From the NCBI GenBank assembly GCA_046725585.1, contig JBKOYV010000160.1:2742-66741 (forward strand): a stretch of DNA of 64,000 bases, given 5' to 3'. The DNA comes from Gemmatimonadota bacterium. Its GTDB lineage: Bacteria > Gemmatimonadota > Gemmatimonadetes > Gemmatimonadales > Gemmatimonadaceae. A program made the position numbers and the translations under genes. Under the pieces are notes generated by a model that saw only the letters and a list, made by a program, of their open reading frames with translations, had not been told where the DNA came from and did no database searches. This document shows positions 1 to 9,175 of this stretch, in pieces (the first letter of the stretch is position 1; the number at the start of each line of letters is the position of its first letter).

Positions 1-1
1 G

Positions 2-1342
2 TCGGCCGCCGAGCGAGCGGCGGACCGAACCAACCGACTCCGTCGCACGGCCGAAGCGCTCTCGGGCGCACTGACGCCAATCGCCGTTGCGCGCGTCATC
101 GTCTCGGAGGGTTTGCCGGCGCTCAGCGCCACCGCGAGCGAGGTGGCAGTCCTCACGGGCGATGGCATCGCGCTGGATCTCATGGCGGTGAGCGGGGTGC
201 CGGCCGAGGTCGCCGACGCGTGGCGCCGGTTCCCGGTGACGAGTCGCGTGCCGCTGGCGGACGCGGTGCGCACGACCGAGCCGGTTCTGCTCGACTCGCC
301 GGACGAAATCGCGCGTCGCTATTCGGACCTGGCGCCGGTCCTCGAGCGCGTGAACGTCCGCGCGATGATCGTGACGCCGATGATCGTCGATGGGAGGCCA
401 CTCGGCTCGCTGAGCTTCAGCTTCAGCGGGCCCCGAACGTTCGACGACAGTGATGTCACGTTCACCCGCGCGCTCGGGCAACAGTGCGCGCAGGCGCTCG
501 AGCGGGCGCGACTTTTCGCGGCCGAGCAATCCGCGAGGGCTGACGCCGAGGCGGCGAACCGCGCCAAGACGGAGTTTCTGGCGATGATGTCCCACGAGCT
601 CCGGACGCCACTCAACGCCATTGCCGGCTATGCCGAGCTGATGGAGCTCGGCATCAGCGGTCCGGTGAGCGACATGCAGCGGGAGCAGCTCGGCCGCATT
701 CGGCGGAGCCAGCGCCATCTCCTGGGGATCATCGAGGACCTGCTGGACCTCTCGCGGCTCGAGCACGGGATGCCGGCGGACATCGAGCTGGGTCCGGTGC
801 CGGTCCACGACACGTTAGGCAACCTCGAGCCACTGATCGCGCCGCAGCTCAAGGCGCGGAACCTGACCTACATCTATAACCCCGCCGAGGGTGGCCTCAT
901 CGCGTACGGGAACCGGGCGCGCATCGAGCAGATTGTGCTCAACCTGCTGTCGAACGCCATCAAGTACACGGCGCCCGGTGGGCGCGTGGGACTTTCCAGC
1001 AGCCTCCACGCCGGGCGAGTAGAGATTCGCGTCAGCGACACCGGCCACGGGATTCCGCGCGAGAAGCTCGATTCGATCTTCGAGCCGTTCACCCGACTGG
1101 AGATGGACCTCACGCGGACGACGGAGGGTACCGGGCTTGGTCTCGCCATCAGCCGCCACCTTGCGCGGGCGATGATGGGCGACCTCAGCGCCCGCAGCGA
1201 GGTGGGGCGGGGATCGATCTTCACGCTCACGCTGCCCGTAAACGCCCCGGTGATCGCCGACCAGCCGCCGGCGGTCACGCCCGCGGCGTCCATGGTGGCC
1301 GTGCCTCGCGACGCCATCCCGCTCCACCGAGTCCGGATGTAG
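2..1342 (+). CDS. GAF-domain sensor histidine kinase, probably 5'-truncated by the window edge
   Basis: ORF 113..1342. The frame stays open back to nt 2, and the upstream residues (..ALSGALTPIAVARVIVSEG..) read like the start of the GAF fold. H-box MSHELRTPLNAI; HATPase boxes NLLSNAIKYT, DTGHGI, GTGLGLAI. Confidence 0.85.
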   Translation, partial: SAAERAADRTNRLRRTAEALSGALTPIAVARVIVSEGLPALSATASEVAVLTGDGIALDLMAVSGVPAEVADAWRRFPVTSRVPLADAVRTTEPVLLDSPDEIARRYSDLAPVLERVNVRAMIVTPMIVDGRPLGSLSFSFSGPRTFDDSDVTFTRALGQQCAQALERARLFAAEQSARADAEAANRAKTEFLAMMSHELRTPLNAIAGYAELMELGISGPVSDMQREQLGRIRRSQRHLLGIIEDLLDLSRLEHGMPADIELGPVPVHDTLGNLEPLIAPQLKARNLTYIYNPAEGGLIAYGNRARIEQIVLNLLSNAIKYTAPGGRVGLSSSLHAGRVEIRVSDTGHGIPREKLDSIFEPFTRLEMDLTRTTEGTGLGLAISRHLARAMMGDLSARSEVGRGSIFTLTLPVNAPVIADQPPAVTPAASMVAVPRDAIPLHRVRM

Positions 1343-1508
1343 GTCGGCGCGCGCGGGCGGTTCCGACTGCAGCCCCGGTTCGGCTCCACAGTTTTCTGAC
1401 AGAGCAGCCCTCGGCGCCGATGAGGCTCCGACGCCAGTCGCGCTATACATTGACAGGTGTCCCGCCGTCGCCGCGTGGGCGGGGCGACGACTTCAACCAT
1501 TTCGGTCC

Positions 1509-3233
1509 GTGCTGGCAGGGATGCGCCGCTCGCGCGCGACCATCGCGGTAGTGGTGTGCACGTTCACCGCCGCGTCGGTCGCCGCCTATCAGGTCTACAA
1601 CGCCGTGTGCGCGCAGGAGTCGGCCGCGCAGCGCGCGTTGTTATCGCACGCGCGGTTTGCGGCGTGGACGTTCACGCGCGAGGCCAACGCGGAGCTCGAG
1701 CGCGCCGCGCGGCGTGTTCTCGCGCCCACGGTGGCGCTTGCGGCGGAGCGCGGCGCCGCCTCGGCGCCGTCAGTGCTCGTGGCGGAGGGCATCCGAGCTG
1801 CCCGCCGCTGTGCGTGCGTGGCGGTGCCGGATGTTCGGTTCACGTTCGCGGTCGATCTGTCGCGCGGCGACGTCGTCGTCGGAGCGGTGGGTGACGAAAT
1901 GCCCGAGACCCCGAGCGGCGACATCGAACAGAGCGTCATTCGGACGGTTCGTGACGGTATCGCCGCCGGGGCGGTGACGGGCGACCCGATCATCACTCGG
2001 ATGCCGAGCGACGGCACGATCGCGATTGCCTACATGCTCGCCGGACAGACGGGCGTGCACCGGGGCAACAAGCCGCACAGGGCCTATGGCTACGCCTTCG
2101 ATGTGGGATCTGCGGGGCGTGCGGTGTTCCCCGCGGTTCTGGCATCGCGTGCGCTCCTTCCGCCCATGGGGCCGGCGCCAGTACCCGTGGACTCTACACT
2201 CACGCTCTCGGTGACCGGGCCGGATGAGCGCATCGTCTATCGCTCGGCGGCGACGCGCGGGCTCCGCCCGGCGGCGACGTTAGGCATGACCGGCGCCTTC
2301 GACGGGTTCGCCGTGCGGGTGGCGATGCGTCCCGCGTTCGCGTCCCGCGTGGCCGTAGGCAACTGGACGTGGAACCGGTCGCAGTTCGTGCTCGGGTTCA
2401 TCACGCTGAGTGCCGGGCTCGTGATCGTGTCACTGCTGCAACTGCACCGCGAGCGGCAGCTCGCGCGCGTAAAGAGCGAGCTGGTGTCGGGCGTGTCGCA
2501 CGAGCTTCGGACGCCGCTGGCGCAGATTCGGATGTTCGCCGAGATGCTGCGGCTCGGCTGGGTGCGCAGCGACGACGAGCGACAGCGGTCGGTCGCCATC
2601 ATCGACCAGGAGGCACGGCGGCTGGCGCATCTCGTCGAGAACATTTTGCAGTTCTCGAGAGCCGAGCGATCGGCGACGCGTGTGTCACTCGAGCCGCTGG
2701 AGCTGGCGGCGCTGGTGGACGAGGTGGTGGAGAGCTTCGCGCCGCTGGCGGGCTCGCGCGGCGTGACCGTCCGCACGACGCACTCCGGTCATGCCGTGGC
2801 GCTCGCGGACCGTGACGCGCTACGGCAGGTCCTGCTCAACCTCCTGGACAATGCGGTGAAGTATGGCCCCGCGGGCCAGACGGTCACGGCGGGAACGCGC
2901 GTGCTCGGGGACGGGCGTGTGCAGCTCTGGGTGGATGATCAGGGGACCGGGATCCCGGCGCGCGACAAGGCACGCATCTGGGAGCCGTTCCGCCGACTCG
3001 ACCGGGCGGTGGAGGCCGGAATCTCGGGCAACGGCATTGGACTCGCTGTCGTGCGCGAGCTGGCGGCCGCGCAGGCCGGGACGGTGACGGTGCACGACGC
3101 GGCGGGTGGAGGCGCGAGCTTCGTGGTGACGCTGCAGGCGGCGACGCAGGTGTCGCTGGCCCACTCGGAGGCCAGGCCTAACGCGTCCGAGGCGTTCGAC
3201 GCGGCGCCCCACCGCGAGCACTCGCTGCCATGA
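1509..3233 (+). CDS. membrane sensor histidine kinase
   Basis: 574-aa ORF with a TM segment FVLGFITLSAGLVIVSLLQL, H-box VSHELRTPLAQI, and ATPase boxes LLDNAVKYG, DQGTGIP, GNGIGLAVV. The stop overlaps the next start (ATGA). Confidence 0.85.
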   Translation: MLAGMRRSRATIAVVVCTFTAASVAAYQVYNAVCAQESAAQRALLSHARFAAWTFTREANAELERAARRVLAPTVALAAERGAASAPSVLVAEGIRAARRCACVAVPDVRFTFAVDLSRGDVVVGAVGDEMPETPSGDIEQSVIRTVRDGIAAGAVTGDPIITRMPSDGTIAIAYMLAGQTGVHRGNKPHRAYGYAFDVGSAGRAVFPAVLASRALLPPMGPAPVPVDSTLTLSVTGPDERIVYRSAATRGLRPAATLGMTGAFDGFAVRVAMRPAFASRVAVGNWTWNRSQFVLGFITLSAGLVIVSLLQLHRERQLARVKSELVSGVSHELRTPLAQIRMFAEMLRLGWVRSDDERQRSVAIIDQEARRLAHLVENILQFSRAERSATRVSLEPLELAALVDEVVESFAPLAGSRGVTVRTTHSGHAVALADRDALRQVLLNLLDNAVKYGPAGQTVTAGTRVLGDGRVQLWVDDQGTGIPARDKARIWEPFRRLDRAVEAGISGNGIGLAVVRELAAAQAGTVTVHDAAGGGASFVVTLQAATQVSLAHSEARPNASEAFDAAPHREHSLP

Positions 3234-3922
3234 AGCGGATTCTCATCGTCGAGGACAACGCCGACCTGGCGTTCGGCCTTCGCAACAGCCTCGAGATCGC
3301 GTCGTACGAGGTGGTCGTCGCGAACGACGGGCCATCGGGATTGCGGGAGGCGCGAACGGTCTCGCCCGATCTCATCATCCTCGACCTCATGTTGCCGGGC
3401 ATGGACGGCTACCGCGTGCTGCGCGCGGTCCGCGAAGGTGGATCGCAGGTCCCGGTGCTGATCCTGACGGCGCGGGGCGAGGAAGCGGATAAGGTCACGG
3501 GGTTCCGGCTTGGCGCCGACGACTATGTGACGAAGCCGTTCGGTGTTCTGGAGCTCGTCGCGCGGGTGGAAGCGGTGCTGCGGCGCGCGTCGGCGTCGTC
3601 GAGTCCGAAGGCGCCGTCGGCGGATTCGTCGCGGTTCGGCGACATCGAGATCCAGCCGGTTTCGCGCGTCGTGCGGAAGAATGGCAGGCCGGTGGAGCTC
3701 TCGCCCAAGGAGTACGAGCTCCTGCTCGCCCTGGTGCAGCGGCCGGGGCAGGTCATCTCGCGTGCGGAGCTGCTCAAGACGGTGTGGGGGTACCACGCGT
3801 CGGTCGTGAGCCGGACGATCGACACGCACATTGCCGAGCTGCGACGAAAGCTCGAGCCGAACCCGGCGTCGCCGAGGCACATAACGACGGTCTGGAAAAC
3901 GGGATACCGATTTCTGCCATAA
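3230..3922 (+). CDS. OmpR/PhoB-family response regulator
   Basis: Receiver domain (ILIVEDNADL, DLIILDLMLPGMDG, DDYVTKPF) plus winged-helix output (ELSPKEYELLLALV.., TVWGY...RTIDTHIAELRRKLE). Translationally coupled to the upstream kinase. Confidence 0.9.
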   Translation: MKRILIVEDNADLAFGLRNSLEIASYEVVVANDGPSGLREARTVSPDLIILDLMLPGMDGYRVLRAVREGGSQVPVLILTARGEEADKVTGFRLGADDYVTKPFGVLELVARVEAVLRRASASSSPKAPSADSSRFGDIEIQPVSRVVRKNGRPVELSPKEYELLLALVQRPGQVISRAELLKTVWGYHASVVSRTIDTHIAELRRKLEPNPASPRHITTVWKTGYRFLP

Positions 3923-4003
3923 AGCAGCTGCAGGCTGGTACCCGACGGCTGCGTGCTACTGCCGCTAGCTACGAACTGCTGCCAATAGCCCAACGAGCCC
4001 GGG
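3923..4003 (+). repeat. GCTGCC-rich repeat arm (third copy of the arms at 27317..27411 and 27541..27620)
   Basis: ..GCTACTGCCGCTAGCTACGAACTGCTGCCAATAGCCCAACGAGCCCGG.. aligns at roughly 85% with 27365..27412 (same orientation) and with the reverse complement of 27541..27600. Confidence 0.6.
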
Positions 4004-4192
4004 TCGTCAGGCATCCAGTCCCGCGTTTGGGACATGTCCCATCCCGGGGCTGGGATTTCGTGCGGATGCCGGCGAGTCTTCCCGATTCATAACTCGCGAC
4101 AGCTCTAGGCGTTAGGCAGCGACGCCGCGGTGGCATTGGGCTGGCCTAGGGTTTCGGTTCGCGGTTGTCGCGGCCGCGCGTCCGTTGCGCGC

Positions 4193-4229
4193 CGATTCCC
4201 GATTCCCGATTCCCCATTCCCGATTCCCG
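4193..4229. repeat. heptad tandem array (CGATTCC)x5, = (GGAATCG)n on the minus strand
   Basis: CGATTCC CGATTCC CGATTCC CCATTCC CGATTCC CG, running directly into the ATG at 4230. Confidence 0.9.
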
Positions 4230-6650
4230 ATGCTCCGGTACGCGCTCCGAACACTCGCCAAGAATCCGGCGTGGACGCTCGCCGCCGTTGCGTGTCTCGC
4301 GATCGGCATTGGCGCAAACACGACCGTGTACACGGCCATGCGGGCGATTGCGATCGAGCCGGTCCCCACGCCCAACAGCGACCGGCTCGTCATGATGTCG
4401 GAGGTGAAGCCACGGGATCCGGACGACCCCGATTTCGATCAGCTCGCGCCGGCCAATCTCGTCGATTGGATGCAGCAGACGCGCACGCTCGAGCATATTG
4501 CGGCGTTCTCGTGGTGGGACGTCAACATCACGGGCATCAACGACCCCGAGCGCGTCACGGGGTTTCGCGTGACGCCCGAGTTCTTCCGCACGCTCGACGA
4601 GCGTCCCGTGCTCGGGCGTGCGTTCACGGAGGAGGAAGGACACACCGGCAACACCGATCGCGTCATTCTCAGTCATCCGCTGTGGATGCGGCGGTTCGGC
4701 GGTGATCCTGGCGTGGTTGGTCGGACGGTGCAGCTCAACGGAGCGCCGCACACGATCGTCGGTGTAATGGGCGAGGACTTCATCTTCCCGCCGGGCGCCG
4801 AGCTGTGGAAGGCGTTCGCGCTCGAAGGTGCGGTTGCGGCCGACCGCGACGGACGCTGGTTGAACGCGATCGCGCGGTTGCGGCCCACGGCGACGCTCAC
4901 CGAGGCCCGCGCGGAGGCCCGCGCCATCGCTCGGCGGCTCGAGCTGCAGTATCCCGACATGAACGCGAAGTGGGGAATGAAGGTCGAGCCCGCACAGGTG
5001 TTCTACGGACGCCATCCGCGGCCGTACATGGTCGTGATGCTGGCGTCGGTGGCGCTGGTGCTGCTCATCGGGTGCGCGAACGTGGCGAACCTGCTGCTGG
5101 CACGCGCCACCACACGCGGGCGGGAGCTCGCCGTGCGGGTCGCGTTAGGCGCACGGCGCAGCGATCTCGTCCGGCAGATGCTCGCCGAGAGCATGGTGAT
5201 CGCGCTCATTGGCGGCGCGCTCGGCGCGTTGCTCGCGCTCTGGGGCGTGAGGCTCATGCGAAACACGCTGCCAGCGGACCTGGTGCGCTTCAACCCGGGG
5301 TGGACGCGCATAACGATCAACGGCCACGCGCTTCTGTTCACCATGGCCGTGTCGATCGCTACCGCGGTGGTGGTGGGTCTCGTTCCGGCGCTCATTGCGT
5401 CTCGCGCCGATCCGCAGCAGGCGCTGAAGGAAAGTGGGCGGACCGCGAGCGGCGCCGCCGGGCGTTACCGGCTCCGGAGCGCGCTGGTGGTTGGTGAGGT
5501 CGCGCTCGCGCTGATGCTGCTGTTCGGTACCGGCCTCATGGTGCGGAGCTTCATCGGGCTGATCGAAACGGACCAGGGGTACACCGTGGAGAAGGCGCTC
5601 ACCATGCAGCTCACGCTGCCGAGCGCGCGGTACAAGACCGACGGTGACCGCACGAGGTTCTATACGGCCCTCATCGATCGCGTGCGTGAGCTGCCGGGGG
5701 TTCGCGCGGCCAGCCTGATCAACGAGCTCCCGCCCTCATGGAATGACGTCTCTACACGCTTCATCCTGGAGGGCGAGCCAAAGCCACAACGTGGCGATCC
5801 GGCGCATCAGGAGCGCCAGCACCTGGTCTGGGATGGGTACTTCGCGGCCATGGACATTCCCGTTAGGCGCGGCCGGGACTTCGATCGCCATGATGACACG
5901 ACGAGTCCATCGGTGGCGATCGTCAGCGAGGCGTTCGCCCGGAAGTACTGGCCAGGTCAGGACGCGATCGGCAAGCGAATCTCGGGGCTCGCGGACTCGA
6001 TGCACCTGACGACGGTGGTTGGTGTCGTCGGGGATGTGCGGCACAACCCGAACACCGGACGGGCGCTGCTCGCCCCGGTGGTCTACTACCCGGCGACCCA
6101 GGGTCCGTGGGACACCATGACGCTCCTCGTGCGGACAGCCGGGAGCCCTCTCTCGATCACCGCGGATGTGCAGCGAGCGATTGGGTCGCTCGACCAGACG
6201 CTCGCTCCGGGCGAGGTCAAGACCCTCGAGCGGATGCTGTCGTCGTCGCTGTCGCCGCAGCGCATCACGGCCGGGATGCTGAGCGTGTTCGCGGGCATCG
6301 CGCTGCTGCTGGCGGTGATCGGCATCTACGGCGTCATGTCGTACACCGTAAACCAGCGCACGCACGAGATCGGAATCCGCATGGCGCTGGGCGCGCAGCG
6401 CGCGGACGTGGTGAGGCGTGTCCTGCGTCAGGGCGTGGCGTTGGCCGCGTTAGGTATCACGATCGGGGCGTTCGGGTCGTTCGCAATGACGCGAGGAATG
6501 GCGACCCTGCTTCACGAGGTGAGTCCAACGGATCCGCTCACGTTCGTGGCGGTGGCGGCGATGCTGGCGGCGGTGGCACTGCTGGGGAGCTGGCTCCCGG
6601 CGCAGCGCGCGGCGGCAGTCGATCCGGTTGTGGCGTTGAGGGACTCGTGA
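4230..6650 (+). CDS. ADOP-family (MacB-like periplasmic core + duplicated FtsX) permease
   Basis: ORF 4185..6650 trimmed to MLRYALRTLAKNP.. because the upstream 15 codons only translate the heptad array. Two FtsX modules (..GCANVANLLLARA.., ..RTHEIGIRMALGA..) and C-terminal ..PAQRAAAVDPVVALR. Confidence 0.85.
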   Translation: MLRYALRTLAKNPAWTLAAVACLAIGIGANTTVYTAMRAIAIEPVPTPNSDRLVMMSEVKPRDPDDPDFDQLAPANLVDWMQQTRTLEHIAAFSWWDVNITGINDPERVTGFRVTPEFFRTLDERPVLGRAFTEEEGHTGNTDRVILSHPLWMRRFGGDPGVVGRTVQLNGAPHTIVGVMGEDFIFPPGAELWKAFALEGAVAADRDGRWLNAIARLRPTATLTEARAEARAIARRLELQYPDMNAKWGMKVEPAQVFYGRHPRPYMVVMLASVALVLLIGCANVANLLLARATTRGRELAVRVALGARRSDLVRQMLAESMVIALIGGALGALLALWGVRLMRNTLPADLVRFNPGWTRITINGHALLFTMAVSIATAVVVGLVPALIASRADPQQALKESGRTASGAAGRYRLRSALVVGEVALALMLLFGTGLMVRSFIGLIETDQGYTVEKALTMQLTLPSARYKTDGDRTRFYTALIDRVRELPGVRAASLINELPPSWNDVSTRFILEGEPKPQRGDPAHQERQHLVWDGYFAAMDIPVRRGRDFDRHDDTTSPSVAIVSEAFARKYWPGQDAIGKRISGLADSMHLTTVVGVVGDVRHNPNTGRALLAPVVYYPATQGPWDTMTLLVRTAGSPLSITADVQRAIGSLDQTLAPGEVKTLERMLSSSLSPQRITAGMLSVFAGIALLLAVIGIYGVMSYTVNQRTHEIGIRMALGAQRADVVRRVLRQGVALAALGITIGAFGSFAMTRGMATLLHEVSPTDPLTFVAVAAMLAAVALLGSWLPAQRAAAVDPVVALRDS

Positions 6651-6656
6651 ACGGCC

Positions 6657-6720
6657 GGGAAGCGGGAAGCGGGAAGCGGGAAGCGGGAGGCGGGATCAGG
6701 GAACAGGGAACACGGGATCG
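6657..6720. repeat. heptad tandem array (GGGAAGC)n, about 9 units
   Basis: GGGAAGC x4, GGGAGGC, GGGATCA, GGGAACA x2, GGGATCG. It ends 2 nt before the ATG at 6723, giving ten G3 tracts separated by 4-nt loops. Confidence 0.9.
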
Positions 6721-6722
6721 CT

Positions 6723-9122
6723 ATGATCTCTGAACTCCGATTGGCCAGTCGAACCCTCGCGCGCTCGCGTGGCTTCGCCATTGCGGCTGTCGGTGTCCTC
6801 GCGCTCGGCATCGGCGCGGCGGCAACCGTGTTCAGTGTGGTCGACGCGATACTCATCCGGCCGCTGTCGTATCCAGCGGCCGACCGGTTGGCGGTCATCT
6901 ACGCGACGCAGCCATCTCGCGGCGTGAGGCGTGGTGGCGCGTCGTTCCCCGACCTCAACGACTGGCGCGCCCAGCTTCCCGCGTTCGACGGCATCTTTGC
7001 GTACCTCGGCTCCAACGTGTCGCTCTCGGGAGCTGGCGAGGCCGAGCGCGTGCGAGCCGCGCTCGTGTCGGAGGACTTCTTCCACGTCATGGGCGCATCC
7101 CCCGCGTCAGGCCGATCGTTCCGCGGGGACGAGTGGAAGCCAGGTGGTCCGAAGGTCGCGATCCTGAGCGACGCGCTCTGGCGCAGGCGATTCGGCGCCG
7201 ACCAGCGTATTCTCGGACGCACGGCAATCGTCGACGGCGCGAGCTACGAGATCGTGGGCGTGATGCCGCGCGGTTTCGATTTCCCCGACGTCGAGGTGTG
7301 GGCGCCGTTCACCTTCCCGCCTGACGTCGCGACGCGGGAGGAGCGCGCGCTGGGAGCCGTGGCCCGGCTCCGAGACGGAGCGTCGATGCGCGACGCGCAG
7401 GTGCAGCTCGACGCGTTCAACACCCGATTGGAACGCGCCTTTCCGGCCACGAACGCCGGCTGGCAGGCGAGGATCGTCTCGCTGCACGATGACCTCGCCG
7501 CGGACTTCCGCTCAGGGTTGTATCTGCTCGCTGCGACGGTCGTGCTCGTTTTGCTGATCACCTGCGCGAACGTCGCGAATCTCATGCTCGCCCGCACGAA
7601 CGACCGGCGTCGAGAGCTGGCCGTGCGAATTGCGTTAGGCGGCAGCCGACGCCAGATCGCGCGCCAGACCCTGGCCGAGAGCGCGATCATCGCCACTGCG
7701 GGCGCCGGCCTCGGAATGCTCATCGCCCTCTGGGGCGCCCGACTCGTTCGGGTCGTGATTCCGGTCGAGATCCCGTCATGGATCCGTCTCAACGTGGGCC
7801 CGCGGACTGTTCTGTTTGCGTTAGGCGTTGCCGGGGCGCTGGCACTGGTCCTGAGCCTCGCGGCGAGCGCGCACATCACGGATCGATCGGTGGCTGACGC
7901 CCTTCGCGACGGTAGCCGCGCCGGGGCAGGCGCGCACCGCGCAAGATCGCGGCGCGCCCTCGTGGTCTCGGAGATCGCGGTGTCGCTCGCGCTGCTCGTC
8001 GGAGCGCTGCTCCTGACGCGCAGCTTTGCGCGGATGGCGCGTGCCGATCCCGGCTTCGACGCGACCGGCGTGCTGACGCTTCGCATCTCGCTGCCGGCCT
8101 CTCGCTACGCCAGCGACTCGTCCGTCGCGCGGTTCCACGAGGACGTCAACGCCGAACTGCGCGCGCTGCCGGGGGTCTCGTCGAGCGCGAGCGTCCTCAT
8201 GGCGCCGTTGAGCGACGAAAACATCTTCACGGCCATTACGATCGAGGGACAACCTGCGCCACCCGGGCAGGCGATGCACGCACTCCGACAAGCCATCATG
8301 CCGGACTACTTCTCGGTGCTGCGGATTCCACTGGTCGCTGGCCGCGCGTTCACGGCGGCCGATGGCGCGTCGGCACCACCGGTCGCGATCGTCACCGAGG
8401 CACTTGTGCGCGACCGATGGCCGAACGAGAGCGCCGTGGGTCGACGGTTCAAGCTCGGGCAGGCGGACTCGAAGGAAGCGTGGATCACGGTGGTGGGCAT
8501 AGCGCGCGACATCAAGCAGTTCGGCGTCCGCGAGGGCACCGCCGAAGGGATCTATCTGCCCATCGCCCAGTCGCCGCCGCGGACGGCAACGATCGTGCTT
8601 CGCGTAACGGGCGAGCCTACCGCGCTCGCGCCGTTGGCACGGAGGGTAATCCACGCACTGGACCCCGAGCTCGCGGTCTTCGGCGTGGAGTCATTGCCGC
8701 AGGTCCTCGCGCGATCGATCTGGCAACCGAGGCTGCAGGCGATCCTCGTGGGCACGTTCGCGGTCATTTCGCTGGTGCTCGCCGCCGTTGGCGTTTATAG
8801 CGTGGTCTCGTACGTGGTCGCCCAGCGGACGCGTGAGATCGGCGTACGCATGGCGCTCGGCGCTCAACAGTCGTCGGTGTTGCGGCTCGTCATCGCACAG
8901 GGCGTGCGCTTAACGCTCGCCGGCATCGCGCTCGGTCTCATCGGGTCGCTCGCGGCGGCGCGACTGCTCCAGGGACTGCTGTTCGGCGTTGGCGCGCGCG
9001 ACCCCGTGACGTTCGCGGGGGTTCCGATTCTCCTGTTTCTCGTCACGGTGCTCGCGTGTTACCTGCCCGCGCGTCGAGCGGCGAGCGTCGACCCGGCGGT
9101 TGCGCTCCGCGCCGATCAGTAA
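6723..9122 (+). CDS. ADOP-family permease
   Basis: 799 aa with the same architecture as 4230..6650 (MISELRLASRTLARSRGF.., ..TCANVANLMLART.., ..RTREIGVRMALGA.., ..PARRAASVDPAVALR). Confidence 0.9.
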   Translation: MISELRLASRTLARSRGFAIAAVGVLALGIGAAATVFSVVDAILIRPLSYPAADRLAVIYATQPSRGVRRGGASFPDLNDWRAQLPAFDGIFAYLGSNVSLSGAGEAERVRAALVSEDFFHVMGASPASGRSFRGDEWKPGGPKVAILSDALWRRRFGADQRILGRTAIVDGASYEIVGVMPRGFDFPDVEVWAPFTFPPDVATREERALGAVARLRDGASMRDAQVQLDAFNTRLERAFPATNAGWQARIVSLHDDLAADFRSGLYLLAATVVLVLLITCANVANLMLARTNDRRRELAVRIALGGSRRQIARQTLAESAIIATAGAGLGMLIALWGARLVRVVIPVEIPSWIRLNVGPRTVLFALGVAGALALVLSLAASAHITDRSVADALRDGSRAGAGAHRARSRRALVVSEIAVSLALLVGALLLTRSFARMARADPGFDATGVLTLRISLPASRYASDSSVARFHEDVNAELRALPGVSSSASVLMAPLSDENIFTAITIEGQPAPPGQAMHALRQAIMPDYFSVLRIPLVAGRAFTAADGASAPPVAIVTEALVRDRWPNESAVGRRFKLGQADSKEAWITVVGIARDIKQFGVREGTAEGIYLPIAQSPPRTATIVLRVTGEPTALAPLARRVIHALDPELAVFGVESLPQVLARSIWQPRLQAILVGTFAVISLVLAAVGVYSVVSYVVAQRTREIGVRMALGAQQSSVLRLVIAQGVRLTLAGIALGLIGSLAAARLLQGLLFGVGARDPVTFAGVPILLFLVTVLACYLPARRAASVDPAVALRADQ

Positions 9123-9175
9123 CGCTCATGCGAGCGCTTCGCTCCGACTCGTAACGTCTTTCCTCTTCGAACGAG

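Noticed and set aside
4185-4229. N-terminal extensions translated from heptad arrays (MRADSRFPIPHSRFP at 4185; MGSESRTGDRRPGTGDSGLGT at 13462)
   Set aside because: These residues are just in-frame readings of the tandem 7-mers. Family N-termini (MLRYALRTLAKNP; TM segment VPLVVLLGG) start downstream.
6657-6720. Heptad arrays as CRISPR or minisatellite-encoded peptide repeats
   Set aside because: The period is 7 nt with no spacers and there are no cas genes, so these are not CRISPR. A 7-nt period cannot maintain a reading frame.
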